Below, piece by piece: positions 12,104 to 25,666 of a DNA stretch of 64,000 bases. The position numbers and the translations under genes are program-made. The notes under the pieces are model-generated. The model ran no database searches. It had not been told where the DNA came from and was given only the letters and a program-made list of their open reading frames with translations. Source of the stretch: Octopus vulgaris (Eukaryota); NCBI GenBank assembly GCA_951406725.2, contig OX597817.1, positions 159,154,001 through 159,218,000 of the forward strand, given 5' to 3'. How positions within the stretch are numbered: position 1 is the stretch's first letter; the number at the start of each line of letters is the position of its first letter.

Positions 12104-13713
12104 CAGTGATTCTCAACATCTTTCACCTTCGGGCCCACTTTTTATGATAAAAAAAATCCCAGGCCCACTGACCTCTAAACCAGTTATCCGACCCTTTTCC
12201 GGAATATAAACCCCATAAAGTAATAATTGTTTCCACATGCCAGCTTCGTGTACGGATACAATTACAATCGTTAAATAGATATTACATCAGTATTATAATA
12301 TCTTCTTGTTTATGGAACCTACAAGTAAAACATCCCATCTAAAAATGGAAGAAAAGTACATTTACATTTTTATTTACAAGAAATGAAGAAGCAGATTAAT
12401 AGCTACTTTGCGGTTGGTACTTTTCAATTAGATTATCAATTTGAACTTCAAAGGATTGGTTCAGCTTGAGACCAAATCTCCTCTTTTCGCAATTTGAAGA
12501 ACATTCGGGTTTGTTTTTTGTTTTTGTTTTTTTTTTGTGTGAAAATGTCGCTCACTGCGGCAAATCCAGCTTCAGTTAACCAGGATGTTGGAAGCAGAGG
12601 AGGAACGGGATTGCTTCATGGAAAAGTATTGGAAATGTCTTTACATGCAGCCAACTACGAAGACCTTCCCTATCCAACTTCGTCATTAAGATTGCATTCT
12701 TCTTAAGATCAAGAAGTTCGGTTGCAAGTTTGGGATTAAGATCCTGATCGCTAATAACATCATAATGACAGTCAAAAAGCCACTTCAGTGGCTTCAAGTC
12801 GAGTATATCTTGAAAGCGTCTACTCATATCCATTTGCAAGCTCTTCAAATGGCTGACAGAGCTGATGATTACAGCTTCTGATGGGTCTGTTTTAACAAGA
12901 TGACTGAAAAAGGCCCCTTTGAAGCTGAATTACCCATAAACCAAGCTTGTTTATGAATGGCCGTATCTTCTCGGTACAGTCCACTATCGTTGCACCGCGT
13001 CCTTGAATCGATTTATTTAAATGTCGGCAAGGTAGAAACTTTTTGCCTTTGTGTCGATATCATTCATAGCTTCAAGCAGGAAGTTTGCCTTTTCCTTTTG
13101 CTTCCGCCGGCTTGCTTCAATGTGCATGTCCTCAAGGAAAAGCAGAAGTGTATCCCACATTTGTACAAGGCGTGTGAGACAATTGCCTTTTGACAACCAT
13201 CAAACTTCGGTATGTAATAGAAGCGTTTAGTGCTCCACATTCTCGCAGGCTTGTGAAAATAGCTTTTCGTTGAGAGCATTGGTTTTGACAAAATTGACAG
13301 ATGAAATCGCCAGTTGGAGGGCACTCTCCAGCTCACTATTGACTGATTTAGCAGCAAGGTATTGTCGATGGATGATGCAGTGGATTGACAAGACGTGGGT
13401 AGGTGGCGATTTCTTTCAGTTTCGCTATAAATCCATTGTGTCTACCTGTCATTGCATTTGCACTGACCGTAGTAATTTGCAGCAGATTCGATAATGGGAT
13501 TTCTTTTTCTTCAAAATAAGATTTAACGGCTTCAAATATAATCCCACACTTTGTATCAGTTAATGCTTTCATAAAGAGCATTTCTTCTCGTCAGCTCTTC
13601 GGTAAAGCGAGCATCCAGAAGATTTCCAAGGCCCTCTCAAAATTTTCTCTGGCACGTTAAAATATTCCCAAGCCCACTCAAAATTTTCCCAGGCCCAATG
13701 TTGAGAACCACTG
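12104..13713 (-). mobile_element. hAT transposon (Buster/Charlie group), internally deleted
   Basis: TIRs cagtgattctcaacat / atgttgagaaccactg; imperfect 8-bp TSD gtatagac / gagtagac; transposase remnants EMLFMKAL..IFEAVKSYFEEKEIPLSNL..AMTGRHNGFIAKLKE, HCIIHRQYLAAK, WLSKG. Confidence 0.88.
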
Positions 13714-13867
13714 GAGTAGACAACGTAAGGTATAGAAGGGATGGAGGCGGTGTATTTATGCTTAAATCCTTGCCTTTATCGTAAATATCTTCATTTATCG
13801 ATGCTAGGTGTGTCGAAGTCAAAGAAGATCCAGTCGGAGGATGCTTTATATTTTTTTACATTGACTA

Positions 13868-14290
13868 ATCATCATCATCATCTTCATCATCATCGTTCAA
13901 CGTCAGTTTTCCGTGCTTGCACGGGTTGGACGGATCGACCAGGGTCTGGGAAGCCAGGAGGCTGCACCAGGCTTCAATCTTGATCTGGCAATGTTTCTAC
14001 TGCTGGATGCCCTTCCTAATGCCAAGCACTCCGTGAGTGTAGTGGGTGCTTTTTAAGTGCCACCGGCACAGGTGCCAGGGGAGGCTGGCAGCGTCCACGA
14101 TCGGTTGGCGCTTTCTACGTGCCACCGGCACGGAAGCCAGTCAAAGCGGCGTCGACATCGGTCACGTTCGGATGGTGCTTTTTACGTGTCACCGGTACAG
14201 GTAACACAACTACAATTTCCATTTGATATTTATTTTGATGTTGATGTACTTGACTCAATAGGTCTCTTCAAGCACAGCAGGTCACCCTTC
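13868..14290 (-). mobile_element. RTE-related non-autonomous retroposon with (ATG)n tail
   Basis: Minus strand ..ttaggaagggcatccag..tccaaccc.tgc.agca.ggaaaa..gacgtt..acgatgatg; related copy at 22008-22270. Confidence 0.65.
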
Positions 14291-14901
14291 GTATATATCT
14301 CTAGAACAATATGAAAGTGGTGATTTGATAGAAACGATAGTCAGCAGGAAGAAAAATCTTAAATACTTTTCACAAGTGCATATTTAAGTCCTATCGTCAC
14401 CGACTCTGTTATTCACCCTTCAAATATTCAAGATATTGTTTATCTAAAAACGGTTAGGTTGTTTACAACAACTGGGATTCTATCAAGTTAAGCATTTTCT
14501 GGATCTATATTTTTTGCCTGTCAGCCCAGCTACTGATAAAAACAAGTTTTTGTGTTTACAAAATGCCTGAATGGCTAGTCGCTTGCTGACGTCATCAATC
14601 CTGACAAATCCTGTTTGGTGTTTACAGTTTAATTTCACTATCGAACACGGCGATTTCAGGTTCGATGCATCGTGTTTGGGTCTTTGCTAATATTCCTGCT
14701 ACATGTATAATACGTTAAGCTCGATTCCAACAACTTCACCCTATCCTGTCAAAAACTGTAATTTCTTAAAAGACACGTGTATATCTACATAATATAGATG
14801 ACACATGAATGCAGTGGGCAGGCCCAAACAGCTTTCAGTCCAAACTTCAAGTTTACTTCACATCCTCTTGAAGTTAATAAAATATATATCAGTAAAATAC
14901 T

Positions 14902-14956
14902 TATTTCTTTATTACCCACAAGGGGCTAAACACAGAGGGGACAAACTAGGACAGAC
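14902..14956 (-). mobile_element. 55-bp 5'-truncated SINE B insertion
   Basis: Only the tail is present, flanked by the 18-bp TSD atatatcagtaaaatact (14884-14901 / 14957-14974). Confidence 0.85.
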
Positions 14957-14984
14957 ATATATCAGTAAAATACTGTTGATTTAA

Positions 14985-15502
14985 AGGACTAAACACTCAA
15001 ATGTCTTTATTGAAGTAAATTTTCCTTTGAGATTTCAATCTATAAACACACATAATGTTTTTAAGTCACCATGGAATTCATACAAGTATTAAAATGTAGT
15101 AAAATTAACATGTCTGGTCGTAATCAAACTTAGTTTTTTTAGTCTTACATTCAATATTTCAGACAGAAAATAAACTATCGCTGAAAGAACATGTATAACC
15201 AGTTGCTTTTGGTGTATTTAAAAATTTATTAAAAGGTATTTGCAAAAAATGTATGTAAAATATCTATTTTCGTTGCCGTGTATATAATTTGACTAAAATG
15301 ATTATACAACTTCTGCTGTATGGTAACAGCCTCATTCAAAGTTGTATATCTTTTTTAAAATGACATGATAAAATGTGTCTTCTATAATTTTTTATAAAGG
15401 AATCCACATTTCATTATGATCATTTACGAATATTTTCGTTTACTTTTTTCCGACGCAAGATGGCAGCCTCTTTCAGACAGGTGAAAAGTGGATTGTCCCC
15501 CT
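14985..15502. mobile_element. Possible Kolobok/T2-type non-autonomous element
   Basis: TTAA|AGG...CCT|TTAA boundaries with weak terminal similarity (aggactaaacac / gtggattgtccccct). Confidence 0.35.
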
Positions 15503-15831
15503 TTAATAGTAGGTGCATCGTATTTCCATTGACTATATTTTCTGTAACAGCAAAGAAGATATGACGTCACATCAGTACCAACAGCATGACAAAAGCAAAA
15601 TGCATCGTCATTAGAAAAACAAACAAAAGCAACAAAAGCCAGAACAATAACATCACTAATGACGGAAATGCGTAAAACAATGACCATAGGAAAAGCAATT
15701 TGAAAGACTTTGCGCTTTATTTTATTAATTTCTTTTTGCAGCTGGAACAAATAAAAATAAAAGCATTTATAATGGCTTATAATTAACTTGAGATAAATTA
15801 CAATAAAACGAATTTTGATTGCGTGAATGCA

Positions 15832-16180
15832 TATGCGCAGGTATGACAGTGTGGTTCACAGTTCGCTTTGCTGCCACGTGGTTTCGAGTTCAATCCCACT
15901 GTGCGGCACTTGGAGCAGAAATCTCCTTCTATAGCCCCAGGTTGACCTATGACTTTCGAGTGGATTTCGTTGACGGAAACTATGTAGAAGGCTATCGTTT
16001 GTGGTTTGCGTGTGTATATGCATGTGCATGCTCGTGTGTATGTCTTCGGGTTTGTATTTATCACTTACCACTGCTTGATAACCGGTTTTGGTTTGTTTGC
16101 ATCCCCGTAACTTAGTGGTCCGACAAAAAAAAAACCGATAGAATTAGCACCAAAGTACCGGGGCCGATTTTTTTCCACTA
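15832..16180 (+). mobile_element. Old, diverged SINE family A
   Basis: gagttcaatcccact, cttctatagcccc, gacggaaact and ccccgtaacttag motifs. Confidence 0.7.
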
Positions 16181-16517
16181 AACCTTTCAGTGCAGGTTTG
16201 CTTAGACAGATGGGTTCTGCTTCGTACGACTGACTGGGTACTTGGCAGAGGGGGTTCATTGACAGAAAATGTAGAGCAGGGTCATTAGGTACCAAACTGA
16301 GTCAAATGTGGCTGGGCAAACATTAATGTTGAGCAGATCATGAAACAAATAAAGTAAAAATAAAAGATATACATGATCTTCCAAGATGTCCATAAAACAT
16401 ATTCCCAACTTCATACGAGAAGACATACATAATTCCTCAAACCTGTATAACTACTCCGACCTAACAGCTAACACCTACAAAAACATACTCCAAAACATGC
16501 AGCTTAAAGTAGCAACC

Positions 16518-16750
16518 TAATTCTTTACTACCCACAAGGGGTTAAACACAGAGAGGACAAACAAGGACAGACAAACGGATCGAGTCGATTATATCGACCC
16601 CAGTGCGTAACCGGTACTAATTTTTCGACCCCGAAAGGATGAAAGGCAAAGTCGACCGCGGCAGAATTTGAACTCAGAACGTAACGGCAGACGAAATTCT
16701 GCTAAGCATTTCGCCCGGCGTGCTAACGTTTCTGCCAGCTCGCCGCCTTT
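16518..16750 (-). mobile_element. SINE family B monomer
   Basis: 16-bp TSD gcttaaagtagcaacc (16502-16517 / 16751-16766). Confidence 0.9.
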
Positions 16751-16803
16751 GCTTAAAGTAGCAACCGCCATTGTCATAGTATATGGATCCGGTTCATCAT
16801 ATT

Positions 16804-16843
<40 letters not shown>

Positions 16844-17094
16844 TCACAAGAAATAAAGAAAGATCTGGTGTCTGCACCAGATCCCAAGCAGGTTAACCAA
16901 GCCTTAGCTCCAGCAACAAACATATGCTGGCCGGCAGGGTATCACTTCTTCTGGGTCTATAGGAGAAGACGTTTGCCCAAAATGTCACGCAGTCGAACTA
17001 AACCTCAAACTGCGTGATTGCAAAGCAACGCCTACGTTCCGTTAAAAAAGGGACACTTTGAACCACATCGTAGCCATGGATACACAAAAAGGTA

Positions 17095-17270
17095 CGAGGG
17101 GATGCTGAAAAGTTCCTGGCCTTGGATAAAAGAAAATACAGGAGGATCAGTTAATTATGATTTTATTCAACATATTCACACACTTATTGCAGCGGTCCTT
17201 CAGTTTTTCGAAACCAGACCCAGACCTTTCGCGACACCTTTAAAGTCAGGAACTTTTCAGCGTCCCCTCG
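17095..17270. mobile_element. Mariner-derived MITE (176 bp)
   Basis: TA|cgaggggatgctgaaaagttcctg ... caggaacttttcagcgtcccctcg|TA; duplicate at 30930-31105. Confidence 0.88.
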
Positions 17271-17689
17271 TACGTGATGGTGATGGTGATGGCTTTGGTC
17301 ATAGGCCTATTTCAAACGGGAGCTGATCTGGGGTTAAACAGTGACATTGCAGATACAGTATCGTCCATTGCAGCAATAAAAAAGAACTACTACAAAAGGC
17401 AACAACAACGAAGACAACAACCAGAATAACAACAAAAATGTTTTACTGTGGACATAAGGTTACACATCTTTAGGGAAAGAGGTATAGTCAATGAGTAATT
17501 GACCTCAGTAATTTTATCTTATTTGCGTAACTCGAACTTTATATAGTCGAAAGCAGTTTACTTTCTCCTTTTTTTCTTTTTCTTTTTCCGAAACAAAAGT
17601 AGTCTGATTCATTTTGATTTTGCGCATACGCTATAAATATGAGTCATCTGCATGTGCAAAGAAATTTAAACACAACTACAGTTTTCTAG

Positions 17690-18345
17690 CCGTGACCCTA
17701 AATATTGTCCTCTAAATACTAATCCTTAAATCATTTTTTGCCACCCTGAACCCTAACCCTAAATTCAAACCCTAAAGATTAACTCTGCCGAACTCTGAAA
17801 CTCTAGCCTTAAGTACTGAATCTTAAAAACTATTTCCAACCCTAAACCCTAATCTTAAATTCAAGTCTTAAAGCCCACCACTAACCCTGAAATCAAAACC
17901 AGGCCCTAAATCCTGATCCCATAATTATAACCCTAAAACTGACCCTAAATCATAAACACAGCCTTAACTCTAAACCCAATCCTAAAGCCTAACTCCTAAA
18001 CCTGTTTCTATACTACCCACAATGGGCTAAACACAGAGAGGACAAACAAAGACAGACAAAGGGATTAAGTCGATTATATCGACCTGAGTGCGTAACTGGT
18101 ACTTAATTTATCGACCCCGAAAGGATGAAAGGCAAAGTCAACCTCGGCGGAATTTGGACTCAACCGCTAAACCCTAACTCTAAATCTCAAACCCCAATCT
18201 TAAACTCTAGTCCCTAAAACCATAACTTTAAATTCTAACTCTAAATCCTAAACCTTAACTTTAAGCTTTGACCCTAACCTTTGACCTTAATTCGTAAACT
18301 TAAATCCTCTCCCTAACCTAGTACTAATCGAAACCCTAACCAGTG
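17690..18345. repeat. Degenerate (CCCTAA)n telomere-like hexamer array interrupted by SINE B (~18005-18162, minus)
   Basis: Recurrent aaccct/accctaa/aactct with ~6-bp periodicity. Confidence 0.7.
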
Positions 18346-18837
18346 CTATGCCTCACCAAATTGTATTAAGTTTTATTGAATATCATTGAGTAGAATGCAA
18401 CGATATAAAGTAACCTAAAATTAATCGAATGGTTTGCTATTTGTTATCAAAAAATTCTGTTTCAGATTTTAAAGTCTGGGTTTCGGACTTATTTAATTTA
18501 ATCGATTCCAGAAGGATTAAATGGACAAAGTGAACTTCAGCGGGATTAAATAAAATCAGAAGGTTTTTAAAGAAGTAACTCAATGCAAGCAATCCATCGC
18601 TCTACGAAAATAACAGCAAAGACAGCTACAGACGACGACAGCTGTGGCAGCAGCAGCAGCAACATCCATGACAACAGCTGCACTACATTCACTCGTTTGC
18701 ATGCTTTGACGTCACTTTCGGAGAGTTCACGTGATGGGAAAATATTTTCCCGCCACTCCTGTACTGAACGTGGTGAATGAAAGCGTATTGATCCTGATAT
18801 ATGATGAATTCATGTTTATCTCACCTCCTTCCTCTTT

Positions 18838-18970
18838 ATACATACATACTTACACACACACATACATACATACACACATACATACATACATACATACATA
18901 CATACACACATACATACATACATACATACATACATACATACACGCGCACACACACACGTACGTACGTACG

Positions 18971-19004
<34 letters not shown>

Positions 19005-19178
19005 CATACATATATACATACAAACATACATACATACATGCATACATACATACATACATACATATATACATACATATATACATACATATATACATACATA
19101 TATACATACATACACGCATACATACATACATACGTACACGACGCATACATACATACATACGTACATACATACATACAT

Positions 19179-19210
<32 letters not shown>

Positions 19211-19248
19211 GTACGTACAAACATACATGCATGCATACATACATACAT

Positions 19249-19281
<33 letters not shown>

Positions 19282-19523
19282 TACATAAGTACGTACATCC
19301 ATCCATCCATCCATCCATCCATCCATCCATCCATCCATACATACATACATACATACATACATACATACATACATACATGCTTTCATACATACACTCTTAT
19401 ATAAAGTCTTTGCCAATGAATACTTGTGTGTGTGTGTGTGTGTGCGTGCGTGCGTGAGCAAGTATATGTGCGTGCGCGTTGTGTGTATGATAATTGAATT
19501 AAACACTATCTCTCTCTCTCTCT

Positions 19524-19594
<71 letters not shown>

Positions 19595-19600
19595 CATACA
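18838..19600. repeat. Compound (CATA)/(CCAT)/(TG)/(TA) microsatellite
   Basis: Direct repeats. Confidence 0.9.
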
Positions 19601-19604
19601 CTCG

Positions 19605-19844
19605 TTTTCTCTTTTACTTGTTTCAGTCATTTGACTGTGGCCATGCTGGAGCACCGCCTTTAGTCGAGCAGATCGACCCCAGGACTTATTCTTTTTTAAG
19701 CCTAGTTCTTATTCTATCGGTCTCTTTTGTCGAACGGCTAAGTTACGGAGACGTAAACACACCAGCATCGGTTGTCAAGCGATGTTGCGGGGACAAATAC
19801 AGACACACAAATATATACAAACGTATACACACACACACACACAC

Positions 19845-19910
<66 letters not shown>

Positions 19911-20088
19911 GTATTTATGTATGTATCTTTCTATATGGCGGACTTCTTTCAGTTTCCCTCAATCAAATCCATTCACAAAGCCCGAGGTTAAAGTAGATGT
20001 CACTTACCCAAGGTACCACGGTAGTGGCACCTGAGTCCAGAACCATGTGGTTGGGAAGCAAACTGCTTACTACACAGACACGCCTGCG

Positions 20089-20090
<2 letters not shown>
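19605..20090 (-). mobile_element. SINE family A
   Basis: Reverse-complement match to the family, with expanded internal (CA)/(TA). Confidence 0.85.
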
Positions 20091-20138
<48 letters not shown>

Positions 20139-20144
<6 letters not shown>

Positions 20145-20291
20145 ATTTAGGAATGGTCATTCTGCCAGTTTAGCCAATAAAAATACACGCACTATATATT
20201 TGGTGTTATTTATTTTTTACATTAATCTTAATATATAGTGCGTGTGTTTTTATTGGCTAAACTGGCAAAATGACCATTCCTAAATACAACA
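20139..20291. repeat. Inverted repeat (62-bp arms, 29-nt spacer) in a (TA)n-embedded element
   Basis: 20139-20200 vs 20230-20291, 2 mismatches; (TA)n upstream and after a ~60-bp extension. Confidence 0.85.
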
Positions 20292-20348
20292 ATATCTGTT
20301 TCAACACACGACTTCACATAAAAAATCTTGCACAACAAATATTTAAAC

Positions 20349-20382
<34 letters not shown>

Positions 20383-20710
20383 CCAAGAAAGTTAGAGGTT
20401 GTGAATCCAACCCACTAAGGAATAATATCTATCCAATATACTGCTGGTAGAATACCCAGTTATTAATACACAAGTGTTTTTTATTGCATTGCAATTACAT
20501 TAACCGAATGTACTAAATGGGAGGGGGTAAAGAGATATTTTACCATTAATTTATTTATAGAGCAATAAGAAAATGGAGGGGATCAATTGGTGGTTCAACT
20601 TTTAGACATTATATTATGTCAATTCATTTATTTATTTACTAGAATGACAATTACAAGAATATACATGCATGTATAACATATACTTTAGATATAAAATATA
20701 TTAATATATA

Positions 20711-21122
20711 GGCGCAGGAATGGCTGTGTGGTAAGTAGCTTGCTAACCAACCACATGGTTCCGGGTTCAGTCCCATTGCGTGGCATCTTGGGCAAGTGTC
20801 TTCTGCTATAGCCCCGGGCCGACCAATGCCTTGTGAGTGGATTTGGTAGACGGAAACTGAAAGAAGCCTGTCGTATATATGTATATATATATAAGTGTGT
20901 GTATATGTTTGTGTGTCTGTGTTTGTCCTCCCAGCATTGCTTGACAACCGATGCTGGTGTGTTTACGTCCCCGTCACTTAGCGGTTCGGCAAAAGAGACC
21001 AATAGAATAAGTACTGGGCTTAGAAAGAATAAGTCCCGGGGTCGATTTGCTCGACTAAAGGCGGTGCTCCAGCATGGTCACAGTCAAATGACTGAAACAA
21101 GTAAAAGAGAAAAGAGAAAAAG
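20711..21122 (+). mobile_element. SINE family A, full length
   Basis: From the ggcgcaggaatggctgtgtggtaag head through the gtaaaagag tail. Confidence 0.9.
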
Positions 21123-21343
21123 AGAAAGATACTATTGATTTTCCCAATTATATCCCTGTATGTTATATTTTAATAATTTCTGGTATCTTTATATATTAAT
21201 ATATTCTATATGTAAAGCATAATATGTTATACATGTATGTATATTCTTGTAATTGCCATTTTAGTAAATAAATAAATAAATTAACATAACATAATGTATG
21301 AAAGTTAATGAACCACCTATTGATTCCTCCCATTTTTTTATTG

Positions 21344-21721
<378 letters not shown>

Positions 21722-22007
21722 GAAGGTTTGAAAATGCAATTTTAAAAGGTGTTTATTTACTTGACCGGTTTCACTTCTTTAGAAAAAGATTGTCGAAAGT
21801 CACAAGTAAAAGCTTTGTTGTGTTAGGTACTGGTTGTTACAAAATATTACAATACATATATACATTCTCTGATAATGATAAGAACATGTTAAAAACAGTT
21901 TACAAGGGAAAATCTTGGGAAAATATAAAAAAGTTCATTAAAATATTGGGCACAAAAAATTACAATACATTTATACATTCTTTGATAATAATAATAAGAA
22001 TATATAT

Positions 22008-22270
22008 CATCATCGTCATCATCATTTAGCGTCCGCTTTCCATGCTAGCATGGGTTGGACGGTTCAACTGGGGTCTGGGAAGCCAGAAGGCTGCACCAGG
22101 CCCAGTCAGATCTGGCAATGTTTCTACGGCTGGATGCCCTTCCTAACGCCAACCACTCCGTGAGTGTAGTGAGTGCTTTTTACGTGCCACCGGCACAGGT
22201 GCCAGACGAGGCTGGCGAACGGCCACGATCGGATGGTGCTTTTTACGTGCCACCGGCACGGGGGCCAGGC
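22008..22270 (-). mobile_element. RTE-related retroposon
   Basis: Same family as 13868-14290. Confidence 0.65.
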
Positions 22271-22589
22271 GAGATATATATATATATATATTATACACAC
22301 ACACACATACATACGCACACACATACACACTCACATATACACACTCACACACACACACAATACATATATACATGCAGTAAATGCGTGTGCATGTGTGCGA
22401 GGGGCACAAGATGAAGCGAGGAATAAGAAATGTGAAAGGTGGTGTAGGAGGAAGATCTAGTTATATACATATAAGACTGATATGCTGCTGTAATATGCCC
22501 TGCTTGCATCACTTGCAACTATTATACACATGGAAGTCTGAAAAAGATATGCATAAATAAGTATATAATATGATATAAAGGTTCCAAAT

Positions 22590-22746
22590 TTCGTGGGATC
22601 GATCCAGTACTCAACTGGTACCCAGCCCCGAAAGGATTGAAAGGCGAAGTCGACTTCGGCGGAATTTGAACTCATAACGTAAAGACGGACGAAATGCCGC
22701 AAAGCATTTCGCCCGGCGTACTAACAATTCTGCCAGCTTGCCGTCT
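22590..22746 (-). mobile_element. SINE family B fragment
   Basis: Reverse-strand head and Meta-like core. Confidence 0.75.
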
Positions 22747-22796
22747 TAGAATAAAATATAATATAATATAATATGATATAACATAACATATATATG

Positions 22797-23070
22797 CTGA
22801 TATCCCCCTTCGGTCATGACTGACCTTGAGATTGCACCTAGAAAGTTACCCTTCTAGACACAAGTCCGGGCAAGGTTGTTTATGGAAGACCAGCAGTTGC
22901 CCATGCATACTGGCCTCCCCTCTCCACGCCACCAGTGTTATCCAAGGGAAAGGCAAAGACCATGATACAGTTTGGCACCCGTGACGTCGCAACTCATTTC
23001 TACAACTGAGTGAACTGGAGCAACGTAAAATAAAGTGTCTTGCTCAAGAACACAACACGCAACCCGGTCC
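22797..23070 (-). mobile_element. SINE family D (CORE-like)
   Basis: Minus strand gttgtgttcttgagcaagacacttta...cactcagttgtagaaatgagt is a CORE-like domain. Confidence 0.55.
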
Positions 23071-23105
23071 AGTTTATAATAATAATATTAATAATAATAA
23101 TATTA

Positions 23106-23180
<75 letters not shown>

Positions 23181-23181
<1 letters not shown>

Positions 23182-23505
23182 GGCGGCGAACTGGCAGAAT
23201 CGTGAGCTCGCCGGACGATATGCTTAGCGGTATTTCGTCTGTCGTTACGTTCTGAGTTCAAATTCCGCCGAGGTCGACTTTGCCTTTCATCCTTTCGAAG
23301 TCGATAAATTAAGTACCAGTTATGCACTGGGGTCGATGTAATCGACTTAATCCGTTTGTCTGTCCTTGTTTGTCCTCTCTGTAGTTAGCCCCTTGTGGGT
23401 AGTAAAGAAATAGGTATTTCTTCTGTTTTTAAGTTCTGAGTTCAAATTCCGCTGTGGTCGACTTTGCCTTTCATTCCTTTCGGATTCAATAAATTAAGTA
23501 CCAGG
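23181..23505 (+). mobile_element. SINE family B (1.5 units) after (TTA)n
   Basis: A full unit plus a second headless unit, joined at gaaataggtatttc. Confidence 0.82.
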
Positions 23506-24144
23506 CGATTTATTATCAAAATGGAGTCTTTAGAATATTTGATGACTGTATTTGTAGCTAGGAGCAGGAAAATATTTGTCCTTGGCCATTTATATTTTAT
23601 ACTTAGCACAAACACGTGTTTATTAATACGTAAACACGTGTTTGTGTAAGCACGTGTTTACTTACTATTGAAAATTCTTTTTCGTCTTCTGCTTCAGCGG
23701 TGGTAGGTACTAGCCAGAAGCGTAATAATCTTTATTATGCTCGCAAAAATACTGAAACACACACACAAAAAAAAAAATTCGAAAGCAAAAGCGCGAATTT
23801 TTAAAATGACTATGACAGCTAAACATGTACTTAGAATTATGGACGTAAACATTAACAAATGGAAAACGCCGAGGAAAGAATGATATTTTCACAAATAGAT
23901 ACATTTGTCGTTAACACAAACTATCATACATCGCTATACTTCAGCAGTGAAAATATAAATTTCCGATAGGAAAGATAGCAGATTTGCTAACGTTACGAAA
24001 TAGAGGGAATCATTGGGTATAAGTTCAACTCCCGAAAAGAAATTGCAGGACCAGGTTGTCAAGACAAATTATTTCTCCTTGCCTGACCATTTTAAACTAG
24101 GAAAGGGCAAACAAGAATGTGACTTGACTCGGTGTGTTTCTTTT

Positions 24145-24353
24145 ACTCTTTTACTTGTTTCAGTCATTTGACTGCGGCCATGCTGGAGCACCGCCTTTAA
24201 TCGAGCAACTCGACCCCGGGACTTATTCTTTTTGTAAGCCCAGTACTTATTCTATCGGTCTCTTTTTGCCGAACCGCTAAGTGACGGGGACATAAGCACA
24301 CCAGCATCGGTTGTCAAGCAATGCTAGGGGGACAAACACAGACACACAAACAT

Positions 24354-24440
<87 letters not shown>

Positions 24441-24606
24441 TACGACAGGCTTCTTTCAGTTTCCGTCTACCAAATCCACTCACAAGGCTTTGGTCGGCCC
24501 GAGGCTATAGTAGAAGACACTTGCCCAAGATGCCACACAGTGGGACTGAACCCGGAGCCATGTGGTTGGTAAACAAGCTACTTACCACACAGCCACTCCT
24601 GCGCCT
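24145..24606 (-). mobile_element. SINE family A
   Basis: 13-bp TSD gtgtgtttctttt (24132-24144 / 24609-24621). Confidence 0.9.
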
Positions 24607-25239
24607 ATGTGTGTTTCTTTTCTTTGTTCTTTTTTTTTTTTTTTTTTGAGATGGTGACAGTTTTCCTATGTTCACAAAGAGAGAAAAAATTCTGGCCGAT
24701 GTGTAGTAAAATTTGCGGAATTCCATCAGCTAGGTGGGATGTATAGAAACGTGTGGCTAATTTTTGAGAAACAAGGACGAGGTAAAGTGAGGTGACAAGC
24801 AGATATGCTGCATCATACACCTGCCCATTGGGGAAATAAATACAAGGGTTATGACCAGAGACCCAGCAAAGGTGCCATGAAATAACACGTAGTCAGAGCG
24901 AGTTTAGTATAGGTATGCCAGTCCTATTGACTCCCGAAGACCTCGAAATTATTCTGGGACCTCATAGTTATTCTGGGACACATTTGTAGGAATAGGAATG
25001 AAAGCAGCTTAGATTAGCGTTGCAGTATTAAGAGCCCACTGGTTATACGTGTAACAGTAATAAACTTTGAGAGCTTTCTTGTGGTACTGAAGCAATGCTG
25101 GTTCGAGATAAAATCTGAAGGTGCAGAAGTGTCTTCAGCTTGACCTGTCTGAAATGCACATAGAGCGACGAAATCACTCAGCACTCGTTCAGTATGCGGA
25201 CATTGCTGACTTGTGGAGATATTTTTTTAATTCTTTTTT

Positions 25240-25467
25240 TTTTACTTGTTTCAGTCATTGGACTGCGGCCATGCTGGAGCACCACCTTTTAGTCGAGCAA
25301 ATCGACCCCAGGACTTGTTCTTTGTAAGCCTAGTACTTATTCTATCGGTCGCTTTTAAGTTAGGGGGACGTAAACACACCAGCATCGGTTGTCAAACGAT
25401 GTTGGGGGGGGGGGGGGGACAAACACAGACACACAAACATAAACACACACACACCGACACACACACA

Positions 25468-25506
<39 letters not shown>

Positions 25507-25666
25507 GCATATATACGACGGGCTTCTACCAAATCCACTCACAAGGTTTTGGTCGGCCAGAGACTATAGTAGAAGACACTTGCCCAAAGTGCCATGTAGT
25601 GGGACTGGACCCGGAACCATGTGGTTGGTAAGCAAGCTACTTAACACACAGCCACTCCTGCGCCTA
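25240..25666 (-). mobile_element. SINE family A with internal deletions
   Basis: Match to the family consensus. Confidence 0.82.

Noticed and set aside
15460-15486. Possible first exon ATGGCAGCCTCTTTCAGACAG|GTGAAA with a YY1-like context
   Set aside because: No downstream exons found, and it lies inside a putative TTAA-flanked transposon.
17690-18345. True telomere or chromosome-fusion scar
   Set aside because: Highly degenerate and single orientation; more consistent with old satellite- or TE-derived hexamers.
18731-19506. Long YIHT/MYVC ORFs (also ~5200-5680, ~32600-33480, and LPTY at 44138-44986)
   Set aside because: Stop-free tetranucleotide microsatellites.
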